Origin: Candidatus Cloacimonadota bacterium
Lineage (GTDB): Bacteria > Cloacimonadota > Cloacimonadia > G963667145
Direction: 5' to 3'
Length of the DNA stretch: 64,000 nucleotides
Assembly: GCA_963676615.1 (NCBI GenBank)
Contig: OY781092.1
Span: forward strand, 160,001 to 224,000
Shown here: positions 1-9,500 of the stretch, in pieces
How the letters are laid out: the number at the start of each line of letters is the position of its first letter
How positions within the stretch are numbered: position 1 is the stretch's first letter
Program-made: the position numbers and the translations under genes
The notes under the pieces: model-generated
The model's input: only the letters and a program-made list of their open reading frames with translations
Told to the model about the DNA's origin: nothing
Database searches by the model: none

Positions 1-511
1 AGGGTATCGTTCTGAAATAGAAGCGCAGGAAGAAGATTTCTCTACACCTTTGTCGAGAATAAAAGATGATCTTGACTCGATGTTGTTGGACGAAAGAATG
101 GCTGGAATTGTTTCGGTGCGACTAAATCGTTCTTCGATTACCATCAGCATTTTGTCCGACGCTCTCTATCGCACAGGCGAGGCGCAAATTATTCAAAAAA
201 ATATTAGCATTCTCAAAAAAATTGGTAATTCCATAAAAGCTATTGAGTATTACGACCCTAAAATTGATATTGAAGGACACACCGATGATGCTCCAATTCA
301 TACCTCTAGATTCCCTTCGAACTGGGAACTTTCTGTGGGCAGAGCATCAAATGTTGTGCGCTATTTCATTTCTCAAGGGATTCCACCTGAGCAGATGAAA
401 GCCGCAGGTTATGCCTATATCAAGCCTTTGGCGCCGAATAGGGACGCCGCTGGTCACCCAATTCAAGCTAACCGAGACCTTAACAGACGGATTGTCATTG
501 AGGTGCACTAA
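1..511 (+). CDS. OmpA/MotB-family peptidoglycan-binding protein (probably 5'-truncated by window edge)
   Basis: IEGHTDD..P, FPSNWELSVGRA and NRRIVI motifs of the MotB/OmpA C-terminal domain; frame appears open upstream of the TTG at 50. Confidence 0.85.
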   Translation, partial: GYRSEIEAQEEDFSTPLSRIKDDLDSMLLDERMAGIVSVRLNRSSITISILSDALYRTGEAQIIQKNISILKKIGNSIKAIEYYDPKIDIEGHTDDAPIHTSRFPSNWELSVGRASNVVRYFISQGIPPEQMKAAGYAYIKPLAPNRDAAGHPIQANRDLNRRIVIEVH

Positions 512-1911
512 TCTCGTTGGCTGAGTTTTTCCAGCTCTTTTTTCACCTCACGCATAGATTTCGGGTTTACGAAGACGGTTTTCTGATTTTTGTAATTTAC
601 TTGCCCTAATCTTCCTTTGCGGATTTTCCACACATAGCGGATAGCTGTGTAATCTACAGCCACTTTTCCCGAATGCTTGGCTTTGGAATAGTAGGCGGCG
701 AGGCTTGCGGCAATCTCCAAAATTTTTTGCGGAACATTTTTTTTGTAAGGGTTGAGGATGACGATATGCGAGCCTTTTATCGCCCGCGTGTGAAACCACA
801 AATCGTTTTTTCCCGCGACACTGCAGGTGATGGTGTTGTTTTCGGCATCGTTTCTTCCGATGACAATTTTTAGGTCGTCGTCTATTTTGATCTGTTTAAA
901 AGATTTTTTTTCGTTTGTTTTCGCTTTTTTGGGCAGAAAAATTTTGGACTTATTTTCATCAAGCGGTTTGTTTTTCAGGGAGTTAATCTCTGCTTCTTTG
1001 ATTTTTATTCTGTTTTCAACGATTTTTTTGCCGCTGAGAGCTTTTTTGTATTTTTTGAAATAGTAGGCGATGTTTTGACTGGGCGAGAGCTCTTTTTTTA
1101 GCTCAATTTTGATGTTTGGCAGAGCGGCATCAAAGTAGTTGGTGAGGCTGATTTCGCCCATTCCAGGCGAAATTTTGTGATGAGCAGATTTGAGAAGCTC
1201 GCCAGCCATTTTCCAATACTCCATTTTGCTGTAATCGCCAAGCACTCTCTTGAGCGCCGTTAGTTTTTTTTCCGCTTTGGTAATCTCTTTTTCTTGCTGT
1301 TTTTGCTGCTTTTTTTTGAAGATAACGACTCTTTTCAAGTGGATATGGTTGTAAAAAAAATGCTCCAAATAGGCGTTTACAGAGTCGAAACTGTAGTCGC
1401 CATCGTGCCAGGGCAAAGGGTGAAAGCAGTAATTTTGCGTGTTTTGATTGCTGGGCAAAGTGTATTTTTGTCCGGGCAAAATCTGCCGCTGCGGATTGTC
1501 GGCAAAGGTGAAGATTTTTTTGGCGAGCACAATTTTGTCGCCTTCCAAAAAGATAATGTTTTGTTTGCCGGGGATTAGCTCTACGACGATTTTTAGGTGT
1601 AAAAGTTCCCCATAAATCGACTTTTTTTCGAAAGAAAACTCCACGATTCTGTCGCAAGTGGGCGTTTTGATCTCCAAAAGAGCCGCGTTTTTGAAAAGGT
1701 TAATAATCCCAGAAAAAGTCGGAGCGAACTCCAAAATGTCGTCTTGCGAAAAAAAGCAAAATCCGTCGTTTCCGCAGAGATTTAGCTGCAAAAAGAGCGG
1801 AGTTTTGGCGAAAGTGATGCGATATTGGTCGCTAGATTTTTCTATTGATTGGAATTTCAAAAATTGTGGCAGAGGCTTGCGGCACCACTGGGCGATGGTC
1901 GAATAGTTCAT
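508..1911 (-). CDS. rqcH: NFACT/Rqc2 (FbpA-like) ribosome quality control protein
   Basis: NFACT-N DRIVEF and ELIPG..NIIF, coiled coil with NIAYYFKKYKK, NFACT-R GRNDAEN..DLWFH..GSHIV..AAYYSK. Confidence 0.85.
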   Translation of the reverse strand: MNYSTIAQWCRKPLPQFLKFQSIEKSSDQYRITFAKTPLFLQLNLCGNDGFCFFSQDDILEFAPTFSGIINLFKNAALLEIKTPTCDRIVEFSFEKKSIYGELLHLKIVVELIPGKQNIIFLEGDKIVLAKKIFTFADNPQRQILPGQKYTLPSNQNTQNYCFHPLPWHDGDYSFDSVNAYLEHFFYNHIHLKRVVIFKKKQQKQQEKEITKAEKKLTALKRVLGDYSKMEYWKMAGELLKSAHHKISPGMGEISLTNYFDAALPNIKIELKKELSPSQNIAYYFKKYKKALSGKKIVENRIKIKEAEINSLKNKPLDENKSKIFLPKKAKTNEKKSFKQIKIDDDLKIVIGRNDAENNTITCSVAGKNDLWFHTRAIKGSHIVILNPYKKNVPQKILEIAASLAAYYSKAKHSGKVAVDYTAIRYVWKIRKGRLGQVNYKNQKTVFVNPKSMREVKKELEKLSQRD

Positions 1912-1927
1912 TTTTTATGAAAAAAAT

Positions 1928-1980
1928 AAAGGCAGAAAAAGCGCTTAGCTAAATTAGAAAAGCGACCAATTTCTGCCTTT
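1928..1980 (-). terminator. Probable intrinsic terminator downstream of serA
   Basis: Inverted repeat AAAGGCAGAAA (1928-1938) / TTTCTGCCTTT (1970-1980) with inner pairing; the A-run to the left is a U-tract on the minus strand. Confidence 0.6.
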
Positions 1981-1994
1981 TTTAGTCGTTTTTT

Positions 1995-2909
1995 TTAGTT
2001 CACTTGGAAGGTGTTTGTGCCGTCTTTCAGGAAGGCGATTATTTGCTCGGCGGCAGCCACAGCGGCGTTGATATTAGCCTCGGCGGTTTGTGCGCCCATC
2101 TTTTTGGGAGTTGCGAAAAAGCGGTCGGTGAACGCCCCGAATTTATCTAAATTTACAGGAGCGATGTCGGTCATATATTTGAACTTTTCGTCCTCGTTCA
2201 TTTTTTGCAAAAGTCCGTCCTCGTCGATAACCTCTTTGCGAGCGGTGTTCACAAGGCAAGCGCCTTTTGGCATTTTTGACAAAAGTTCGTAGTTGATCGA
2301 GCCTTTGGTTTTGTCGTTGGCAGGAATGTGCAGAGACAGGTAGTCGGCTTGCGAGTAAAGCTCTTCAACCGTCTTGGCGCAAGCGTCGCAGCCAGCCAAA
2401 ATTTTGCTCTCCTTAACAAACGGGTCGTGCGCGATGACTTTCATTCCGAAACCTTTGGCGACTTTTGCTACGATGCAGCCGATGTTGCCGTAGGCGTGGA
2501 TTCCAAGGGTTTTGCCTTTTAGCTCGCTGCCAGATTTTCCGTTGTAGCATCCGCGGGCAGCCATAATCATCATTCCAAGGGCAAGCTCTGCCACAGCGTT
2601 GGAGTTTTGCCCAGGAGTGTTCATCACTACAATCCCTTTTTCGCTAGCGGCTTGGCAGTCCACATTGTCGTAGCCAGCTCCAGCTCTAACGACGATTTTC
2701 AGATTTTTTGCTGCGTCCATCACCTCTTTGGTAACTTTGTCGCTTCTGATAATCAAAGCGTCGCAATCGCTTACTGCGCCCACAAAATCGGCTTGCTCTG
2801 CGTAATTTTCGAAAAGAACCAGCTCGTGCTCAGACTTTGCCACAGCCTCTTTGAGTTTGTTCACAGCCGCAGCTGCGAAAGGCTTTTGAGTTGCCACTAA
2901 TATTTTCAT
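1995..2909 (-). CDS. serA: D-3-phosphoglycerate dehydrogenase, short type III (no ACT domain)
   Basis: RAGAGYDNVD, NTPGQNSNAVAEL, GNIG Rossmann motif, LVNTAR, TPKKMGAQT. Confidence 0.8.
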   Translation of the reverse strand: MKILVATQKPFAAAAVNKLKEAVAKSEHELVLFENYAEQADFVGAVSDCDALIIRSDKVTKEVMDAAKNLKIVVRAGAGYDNVDCQAASEKGIVVMNTPGQNSNAVAELALGMMIMAARGCYNGKSGSELKGKTLGIHAYGNIGCIVAKVAKGFGMKVIAHDPFVKESKILAGCDACAKTVEELYSQADYLSLHIPANDKTKGSINYELLSKMPKGACLVNTARKEVIDEDGLLQKMNEDEKFKYMTDIAPVNLDKFGAFTDRFFATPKKMGAQTAEANINAAVAAAEQIIAFLKDGTNTFQVN

Positions 2910-3046
2910 AATTTTCTCCTCATTATGTGATTTCTTTGATACTTAATTCGTGCATCCCTTAAAATGAGTCAAGAAAATAAAAAAAAATCTTGACTTTATA
3001 TTTGCTGTTTTTTGATTTGGGGAAATTTTTTTAAATAGGAGGAAGA

Positions 3047-4333
3047 ATGTTCGAAAAATTCTTTAAACTTAGTGAGCACGGAACTACTGTAAAAACAGAA
3101 ATCCTTGCTGGTCTTACTACTTTTTTGACTATGGGCTACATTTTGATTGTCAACCCAATTATTTTGTCAAAAACTGGTATGCCGTTTGGCTCAATCATCA
3201 CAGCTACAGCGTTGTCTTCGGCAATTGCGACTTTGGTGATGGCGTTGTATGCCAATATGCCTTTTGGTCTTGCACCAGGGATGGGGCTTAACGCCTTTTT
3301 TGCTTTCACAGTGGTTTTGGGTATGGGTTACTCTTGGGAGTTTGCTCTTACAGCTGTATTTTTGGAAGGTATAATCTTTATGATTTTGACCTTCTTTAAT
3401 GTGCGGACTGCGATTGTAAACAGCATCCCAATCAACCTGAAGTATGCAATCTCGGCTGGTATCGGTCTCTTTATTGCCTTTATCGGTCTGCAAGGAGCTG
3501 GTCTTGTTGTGGACAATCCAGCTGTTCTTGTTGGACTTGGCGATGTGCTTACTGCTAAACCGCTGATTTGTGTGTTTGGTCTTTTGGTTGTGGGTGTTTT
3601 GCATTACAAAAGAGTGAAAGGTGCTTTGATGATCGGGATTTTGGCTTCAACAGTGTTGGCTCTTATCTTGGGCGTTACCGAATACAACGGCATTTTTGCA
3701 GCTCCAGCTAGCCTTGCGCCAATTTTCTTCAAATTCGATTTCACCAATGTTTTCACATTGGATATGGCTACAGTTTTGTTCACTTTCTTGTTTGTCGATA
3801 TGTTCGATACAGTTGGAACTTTGGTTGGTGTGGCTTCAAAGGCGAATATGCTTGACTCTGAAGGTAAACTTCCTGGCGTGAAAAAAGCTCTTTTCGCAGA
3901 CTCTCTTGGAACGACCGTCGGCGCTATCTTGGGAACTTGCACAGTGACAACTTATGTAGAGTCTGCCGCTGGTGTTGAAGAGGGTGGTCGCACAGGTCTT
4001 ACCGCCTTGACAATCGCAGCTCTTTTCTTGCTTTCGCTTTTCATCTCTCCGCTGATTATTATGGTGCCGGGCGCAGCTACTGCTCCAGTGCTTATCGCAG
4101 TGGGTGTGTTTATGCTTACCCCAATCTTGAAAGTGGATTTCGACGACTTTACCGAAGGTCTTCCTGCTTTCTTGGCGATGATTATTATGCCGCTTACCTA
4201 CTCAATTTCAGAAGGTATCGCATTCGGAATTATCTCTTATACAGTCTTGAAGCTTTTCACAGGCAAAGGAAAAGAGGTCAGCCTTGTTACTTACATCGTT
4301 GCTTTGATTTTTATCGGCAAATTCTTTTTGTAA
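3047..4333 (+). CDS. NCS2/AzgA-family purine (guanine/hypoxanthine) permease
   Basis: EILAGLTTFLTM, APGMGLNAFF, DMFDTVGT, YVESAAGVEEGGRTGL; polytopic membrane protein; AGGAGG RBS. Confidence 0.92.
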   Translation: MFEKFFKLSEHGTTVKTEILAGLTTFLTMGYILIVNPIILSKTGMPFGSIITATALSSAIATLVMALYANMPFGLAPGMGLNAFFAFTVVLGMGYSWEFALTAVFLEGIIFMILTFFNVRTAIVNSIPINLKYAISAGIGLFIAFIGLQGAGLVVDNPAVLVGLGDVLTAKPLICVFGLLVVGVLHYKRVKGALMIGILASTVLALILGVTEYNGIFAAPASLAPIFFKFDFTNVFTLDMATVLFTFLFVDMFDTVGTLVGVASKANMLDSEGKLPGVKKALFADSLGTTVGAILGTCTVTTYVESAAGVEEGGRTGLTALTIAALFLLSLFISPLIIMVPGAATAPVLIAVGVFMLTPILKVDFDDFTEGLPAFLAMIIMPLTYSISEGIAFGIISYTVLKLFTGKGKEVSLVTYIVALIFIGKFFL

Positions 4334-4355
4334 TACGATAGTATAGCAATAATTT

Positions 4356-4393
4356 AAGCCGCTCTTCTTACGAAAAAGAAGGGCGGTTTTTTT
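4356..4393 (+). terminator. Intrinsic terminator after NCS2 permease
   Basis: GCCGCTCTTCTT-loop-AAGAAGGGCGGT followed by a T-run. Confidence 0.85.
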
Positions 4394-4554
4394 ATTTCTG
4401 CTTTTTTTATGAGTCAAAAAAAATTGCCGATAGCTAGCTGATTATTTTTCAATGAAATAAAAAAAATAGCGAATTTTTGCTTTTTTCCGATTTTGCTTGA
4501 CTTTTATATGCGTCTCAAAGAATTAAGGGTATTGTAGATGAGGAAAGAACTGTT

Positions 4555-6174
4555 ATGGGTCGGAAAAAGTTAAGTAAAATCCAGCAATTGCTTTTGTTTG
4601 ACGGGCTGTCTGTGCCGCAGGAGCAGCCGCAGCAGGCGAAAAAAACCGAGCAAACTGAGGCGACAAAAAAGATTCCAAAGCCGAAAAATCAGCAGATCGT
4701 CGTTCCCAAAATTTTGGGGCGTGACAATTGGATGAATATTCAGGGCGGTCAGGTCTCGTTCGATTTTGTGCATCGGGTCGAAGATTTTTTGCTTGAGAAT
4801 AATATTAAGCTCAACAGCAGGAAGTTTCTGCTGGGAGTGTCCGGCGGAAGCGACTCTCTGGCGATGCTGCTGGCGTTTTACTATTTGCGCAATAAATACG
4901 ACCTGAAGCTTTTGGTGTCGCATATCAACTACAATCTTCGCGGGGAGCAGAGCGCCGCTGACCAGAGGCTACTGCAAAAAATCTGCTTTGAGAAAAATAT
5001 TTTGGTGGAGATTAAGAGTGTTGATGCTGGAGCGCTGAGCGAAAAAGGTTTGCGGGATTTGCGATTTGAGGAGTTCGAAAAGATTGCCAAGAGAGACAAA
5101 ATCAAAAATCTGTGTCTGGCGCACAACAAAAACGATCAGGTGGAGACGGTGCTTTTTAATGTGGTGCGCGGAGCTGGGATTTCGGGAGCTGCGGGGATAA
5201 AGCAGACGCTGAAACTCGCCAGCGGGCTTACGCTGATTCATCCGCTTTTGCACATCGACAAAAAGCAGATTGTGGCGTTTTTGCAAGATCAAAAAGTGCA
5301 GTGGGCGGAGGATGCAACCAACGCAGAGCCGATTTATTCTCGCAACAAAATTCGGCTGGAGCTTTTGCCGTGGCTGAAGGAGAACCTAAATCCCAAGGCG
5401 ATGGAAAATATTTTTGAGTTTTCGACGATTTTGAGCCAGACGCACCAATTTTGGCAAGAGCAGGCCAGCTCGAAACTCAAGCGGCTGAAAATCAAAGGCG
5501 AAAGCGAGCCAGGAGTTTTTTGTTTTTCTGTTGAGAAGCTGAAAAAAGAGCTGCCGCTGCTTCGCTACTATTTGTTCAAAGAGATTTACGAGGAGTTTAC
5601 TGGCGAAGTTGACGGATTTTATCGCAACCATTTTAGTCAGATCGAGAAGCTTTTTGAGTCGCAAGGTTCTGTGAAAATCAACCTTTTTGAGAAGATGGTT
5701 TTGCTCAAGGAGTATGACAATCTCTACATTTTCGACCACGATTTGCAGGAGGAACATCCCGAAGATCAGCCGATGGTTTTTTCAAAATTGGCGAAAGTTT
5801 TTGTGTTTAACAATTGTCGGATTCGGATGTCGAAGGTGAATAAAATTCCGGCGAAGTTCGACAAGAGCAGCGTGGCGTATTTGGATTATGGCAAATTGCA
5901 GATGCCGCTGGTGGTTCGTTCGGCTGTGGCAGGAGATAGGTTTGTGCCTGTGGGGATGAAGGGTCACAAAAAATTAAAGGAATTTTTTATTGACGAAAAG
6001 GTCTGTAAATTTGAAAGAAAAAGGATACCGATTATCACTGATACCAAAGGGATTGTTTGGGTCGGAGGATATCGCGTGGACGCAAGAGCGGTGGCGAAAT
6101 CGTCTTGCAAAAATGTCTTAAAAATCGAGCTGGAGCGGCTGGAGAAGTCGCGGTCTGCTCAACGGAAAAAGTAA
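4555..6174 (+). CDS. tilS: tRNA(Ile)-lysidine synthetase with ~70-aa N-terminal extension
   Basis: VSGGSDS PP-loop, AHNKNDQVET, PLL, EDATN..YSRNKIR, C-terminal GDRF.P.G..KKLKEFFID; tilS-hpt-ftsH synteny. Confidence 0.93.
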   Translation: MGRKKLSKIQQLLLFDGLSVPQEQPQQAKKTEQTEATKKIPKPKNQQIVVPKILGRDNWMNIQGGQVSFDFVHRVEDFLLENNIKLNSRKFLLGVSGGSDSLAMLLAFYYLRNKYDLKLLVSHINYNLRGEQSAADQRLLQKICFEKNILVEIKSVDAGALSEKGLRDLRFEEFEKIAKRDKIKNLCLAHNKNDQVETVLFNVVRGAGISGAAGIKQTLKLASGLTLIHPLLHIDKKQIVAFLQDQKVQWAEDATNAEPIYSRNKIRLELLPWLKENLNPKAMENIFEFSTILSQTHQFWQEQASSKLKRLKIKGESEPGVFCFSVEKLKKELPLLRYYLFKEIYEEFTGEVDGFYRNHFSQIEKLFESQGSVKINLFEKMVLLKEYDNLYIFDHDLQEEHPEDQPMVFSKLAKVFVFNNCRIRMSKVNKIPAKFDKSSVAYLDYGKLQMPLVVRSAVAGDRFVPVGMKGHKKLKEFFIDEKVCKFERKRIPIITDTKGIVWVGGYRVDARAVAKSSCKNVLKIELERLEKSRSAQRKK

Positions 6175-6176
6175 AA

Positions 6177-6731
6177 ATGGGGTGCAAAGTGGACGAAAGA
6201 TTTTCAAAAATCATTTTGAGCGAAGAGGAAATTCAAGCCAGAATTGCGGAGCTTGCCAAAGAGCTATCTGCTTGCTACAAAGGCAAATGCCCCGTTTTTG
6301 TGTGTGTGCTAAAAGGCGCTGTGTTTTTTATCACCGATCTGACCAAAAAGCTGACGATTGACTGCCGTGTGGATTTTATGGATGTGTCCAGCTACGGCGC
6401 AGACCGAAGCAGCTCGGGGGTTGTGCAGATTCGCAAAGACCTTAGCGACCGAATCGAAGACCGCGATGTGATTGTGGTGGAAGATATTTTGGATACGGGG
6501 CTTACGCTGAACTACCTGATTGGCTATTTGGTGAACAGAAAGCCGCGCTCGATAAAGATTTGCACGCTGCTGGATCGTCCGCATAAGCGAGATGCGAATA
6601 TCGATTTGAAGGCCGATTTTGTCGGTTTTACGCTTACCAAGAGCGATTTTTTGGTCGGTTACGGTCTGGACGACGACCAAATTATGCGGAATTTGCCTTA
6701 CATTGGAGTTTTAAAAAAGGATGATGTGTAG
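6177..6731 (+). CDS. hpt: Hypoxanthine phosphoribosyltransferase
   Basis: VLKGA, VSSYG, VVEDILDTGLT PRPP motif, FLVGYGLD; start re-assigned to ATG 6177 just after the tilS stop. Confidence 0.93.
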   Translation: MGCKVDERFSKIILSEEEIQARIAELAKELSACYKGKCPVFVCVLKGAVFFITDLTKKLTIDCRVDFMDVSSYGADRSSSGVVQIRKDLSDRIEDRDVIVVEDILDTGLTLNYLIGYLVNRKPRSIKICTLLDRPHKRDANIDLKADFVGFTLTKSDFLVGYGLDDDQIMRNLPYIGVLKKDDV

Positions 6732-6734
6732 AGA

Positions 6735-8609
6735 ATGAGCAACAAAAATCAAAATAAATTGCCTGAGTTCAAAAAACCAAATATTACCCTGATAATTTTG
6801 TTTATTTTTGCGGGACTGCTGTTTTATCAGTTTTTTTTCGCGGTGGATAAAAGCGCTCGGGAAGTCAGCTATTCCACATTTATACAGATGAGTAGCTCTG
6901 GGCAGGTGCTTTCTGCCAGTTTTGACGAAAAAGATGTGATTTTTACGACCAGCGACGGCGGGAAATATTCTACTTATTTGCCGTTTCGGGACCCGAATTT
7001 GGTGGAAAAATTGCAGGCGCAAGGGGTTAATATCTCTTCGCACAAGCCTTCTTTTTTTGCGTCGGCGGTCTTGTCTTGGCTTCCGTTTTTGGTGTTTATT
7101 TTTATTTGGATTTTTTTGATGCGTTCGATGGGTGGCGGCGGCAAAGCTTTTAGTTTTGGCAAGAACAAAGCCCAGCTGGTAAACAAAGAGGATATTAAAA
7201 CGACTTTTGACGATGTGGCTGGGATTGACGAGGCAAAAGGCGAGCTGGAGGAGATTGTCGATTTCCTCAAAGATCCCGAAAAATTTTTGTCGGTCGGTGG
7301 CAGAATTCCGCGTGGAGTGCTGTTGCAGGGGCATCCCGGAACGGGAAAAACGCTTTTGGCGAGAGCTGTGGCTGGAGAGGCTGGAGTGCCTTTTTTTCGG
7401 ATGAGCGGCTCTGATTTTGTGGAGATGTTTGTTGGTGTGGGAGCTTCGAGAGTGCGGAATCTTTTTGAATCGGCGAAAAAAAACTCGCCGTGTATCGCTT
7501 TTATCGATGAGATTGACGCTGTCGGACGCCATCGTGGCACAGGTTTGGGTGGCGGACACGACGAGCGGGAGCAGACTCTCAACCAGCTTTTGGTGGAGAT
7601 GGACGGTTTTACTGAGAACGATTCGGTGATTATTATTGCCGCAACTAACCGTCCAGATGTTTTGGATCCTGCGCTTTTGCGTCCCGGCAGGTTTGATCGC
7701 CAAGTGACGGTCGATTTGCCCGACATCAGAGGTCGAGAGGCTATCCTCAAAGTTCATGCGAAGAAGATAAAGATGCAAGAGGGTTTGAGTTTTTCGACGA
7801 TTGCCAGAGCCACGGCTGGTTTTTCTGGTGCAGATTTGGCGAATTTGCTCAACGAGGCGGCTTTGATTACAGCAGGAAGGGGCAGCAAAGAGGTGACGCT
7901 TGCGGAGGTGGAGGAGGCGAAAGACAAGATTATTTTGGGCAAAGAGAAAAAGAGCAAGGTGATTTCGGAGGAGGAGAAGCGGATAACGGCTTATCACGAG
8001 ATTGGGCATGTGATTACCTCGATTTGTTTGCCGTTTACCGACCCGCTGCACAAAGTGTCGATTATTCCGCGCGGATTTACCGCAGGGGCGACGCACTATT
8101 TGCAGACCGACCGCAGTAACTATTCCAAAGATTATCTGAAGCAGATGTTGGTGCAGCTTTTGGGCGGACGAGCCGCAGAGGAACTGAAGTTTGAGTCGAT
8201 AACCACTGGCGCCAGCAGCGATATTGCCAGAGCGACAGACATTGCTAAAAAAATGACTTGCTCTTGGGGAATGAGTGATTTTTTTGGTCCGATGGCGATA
8301 AATCGAGAGCAAGAGCAAACTTTTTTGGGTAAAGAGCTTGCGCATCACGACTCCATTAGTCAGTATCTGAGCGAAAAAGCGGATCAGCAAATTCTCGATT
8401 TTGTCTCGGAAGCTTATAAAACGGCGAAAGATATTTTGCAAAAACAGGAGAAAATGTTGGTGAGTTTGTCCGAAGAACTTTTGAAGAAAGAGACTTTGGA
8501 ACTGGACGAGATTTTTGACATCTGTTTTGAGCAAGCCACGCAGGATAGCAAAGAGCTTTTGCACGAGAAATACAAAAAGGCGAAAGAGCTGACAATAAGT
8601 GCCGATTAG
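6735..8609 (+). CDS. ftsH: ATP-dependent zinc metalloprotease FtsH
   Basis: Two TM segments, GHPGTGKT Walker A, FIDEID Walker [16 protein letters not shown] zinc motif. Confidence 0.97.
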   Translation: MSNKNQNKLPEFKKPNITLIILFIFAGLLFYQFFFAVDKSAREVSYSTFIQMSSSGQVLSASFDEKDVIFTTSDGGKYSTYLPFRDPNLVEKLQAQGVNISSHKPSFFASAVLSWLPFLVFIFIWIFLMRSMGGGGKAFSFGKNKAQLVNKEDIKTTFDDVAGIDEAKGELEEIVDFLKDPEKFLSVGGRIPRGVLLQGHPGTGKTLLARAVAGEAGVPFFRMSGSDFVEMFVGVGASRVRNLFESAKKNSPCIAFIDEIDAVGRHRGTGLGGGHDEREQTLNQLLVEMDGFTENDSVIIIAATNRPDVLDPALLRPGRFDRQVTVDLPDIRGREAILKVHAKKIKMQEGLSFSTIARATAGFSGADLANLLNEAALITAGRGSKEVTLAEVEEAKDKIILGKEKKSKVISEEEKRITAYHEIGHVITSICLPFTDPLHKVSIIPRGFTAGATHYLQTDRSNYSKDYLKQMLVQLLGGRAAEELKFESITTGASSDIARATDIAKKMTCSWGMSDFFGPMAINREQEQTFLGKELAHHDSISQYLSEKADQQILDFVSEAYKTAKDILQKQEKMLVSLSEELLKKETLELDEIFDICFEQATQDSKELLHEKYKKAKELTISAD

Positions 8610-8625
8610 TTTTTTAGAAAAAAGT

Positions 8626-8702
8626 GCCCCCGTAGCTCATCTGGATAGAGTGTTTGATTCCGGTTCAAAAAGTAGGAGGTTCGAATCCTCTCGGGGGTAC
8701 CA
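8626..8702 (+). tRNA. tRNA-Arg(CCG)
   Basis: Acceptor GCCCCCG/CGGGGGT, anticodon arm TTTGA-TTCCGGT-TCAAA, T-arm GGAGG-TTCGAAT-CCTCT, encoded CCA. Confidence 0.93.
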
Positions 8703-8741
8703 TTTTTTTCTCTAGCGGCTTTTTTGGGGATTTTTTTTGGT

Positions 8742-9500
8742 ATGCAATATTATAAAGATAAAGGCAAAATTTTTTTTCAAGTTGGGGTGATTTCTGCCCT
8801 GAGCTTGATAATTCTCTTTTTTTCTTACGGCTGGATTACCAGAGCTTTTGCGCAGAGTAAATATGAGAAAATTTTGGTTGCTTTTCCGTCTGGAGGCGGT
8901 CTTTCGCAAGGTTCTGTCGTGTGTCTGCAGGGCGTTCCGCAAGGGTTTGTCGATAAAATCGATGTGACGCCAGAGGGAGTTGTGTTTGAGCTGAAGGCGG
9001 AGATTCCGTTTCCGCTGCGAGAGGGAAGCGCTTTTGTGGTGGAAGATGTGGATTTGATGGGCAACAAGCAGCTGAATATCGTGCCGAGTTTGCATGGCGC
9101 AGAGCTGGATTTGCAAAAGGTGCAAAAAGGGCAGGTGAAGATAACTTTTAACCGCTTTATCGCGCGGCTCAACGAGATTTTGGACGATTTGGAAGCTAAA
9201 AATGTGAACGCCGAAAAGTTGGGCGAGATTTTTGGCAGATTGGATGCAATCGCTAGTCAGGCGGAGATTGCTCTTGGCAGAGTTAACGCAAAAAACGGGC
9301 TGCTCCATCAGACGCAAGCGGCGCTTTTGCAGACGAACGCTCTTTTGCAAAAATTGAACGAAAAGAACTCGACGCTGGGGAAATTTTTGTCCGACACGAT
9401 TCTTTATGAGCAAGTGGTGACCAGCACCAAGCGGGTGGATTCGCTTCTGATTGATGTTAAGGCAAATCCGACTAAATATTTTAAGATTGAAGTTTTTTAG
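8742..9500 (+). CDS. MlaD/MCE-family protein
   Basis: N-terminal TM, GGLSQGSVVCLQGV..G.V MCE motif, DLMGNK, helical tail ending DVKANP..YFK. Confidence 0.85.
   Translation: MQYYKDKGKIFFQVGVISALSLIILFFSYGWITRAFAQSKYEKILVAFPSGGGLSQGSVVCLQGVPQGFVDKIDVTPEGVVFELKAEIPFPLREGSAFVVEDVDLMGNKQLNIVPSLHGAELDLQKVQKGQVKITFNRFIARLNEILDDLEAKNVNAEKLGEIFGRLDAIASQAEIALGRVNAKNGLLHQTQAALLQTNALLQKLNEKNSTLGKFLSDTILYEQVVTSTKRVDSLLIDVKANPTKYFKIEVF

Noticed and set aside
1261..1360. Poly-A/T tracts as phase-variation switches
   Set aside because: Runs of 7-9 A/T are ubiquitous in this window and the reading frames are intact; no long G/C tracts were seen.
2910..3046. Purine riboswitch upstream of the NCS2 permease
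   Set aside because: The region is short and A/T-rich with no aptamer core; likewise no SAM riboswitch was recognisable upstream of the PLP lyase (61944-62085).
6711..8564. 617-aa antisense ORF opposite ftsH
   Set aside because: Shadow of a conserved gene with biased codons; no motifs or RBS. The same applies to antisense ORFs over atpA (27304-28332), rfbB (45925-46932) and 54738-55850.
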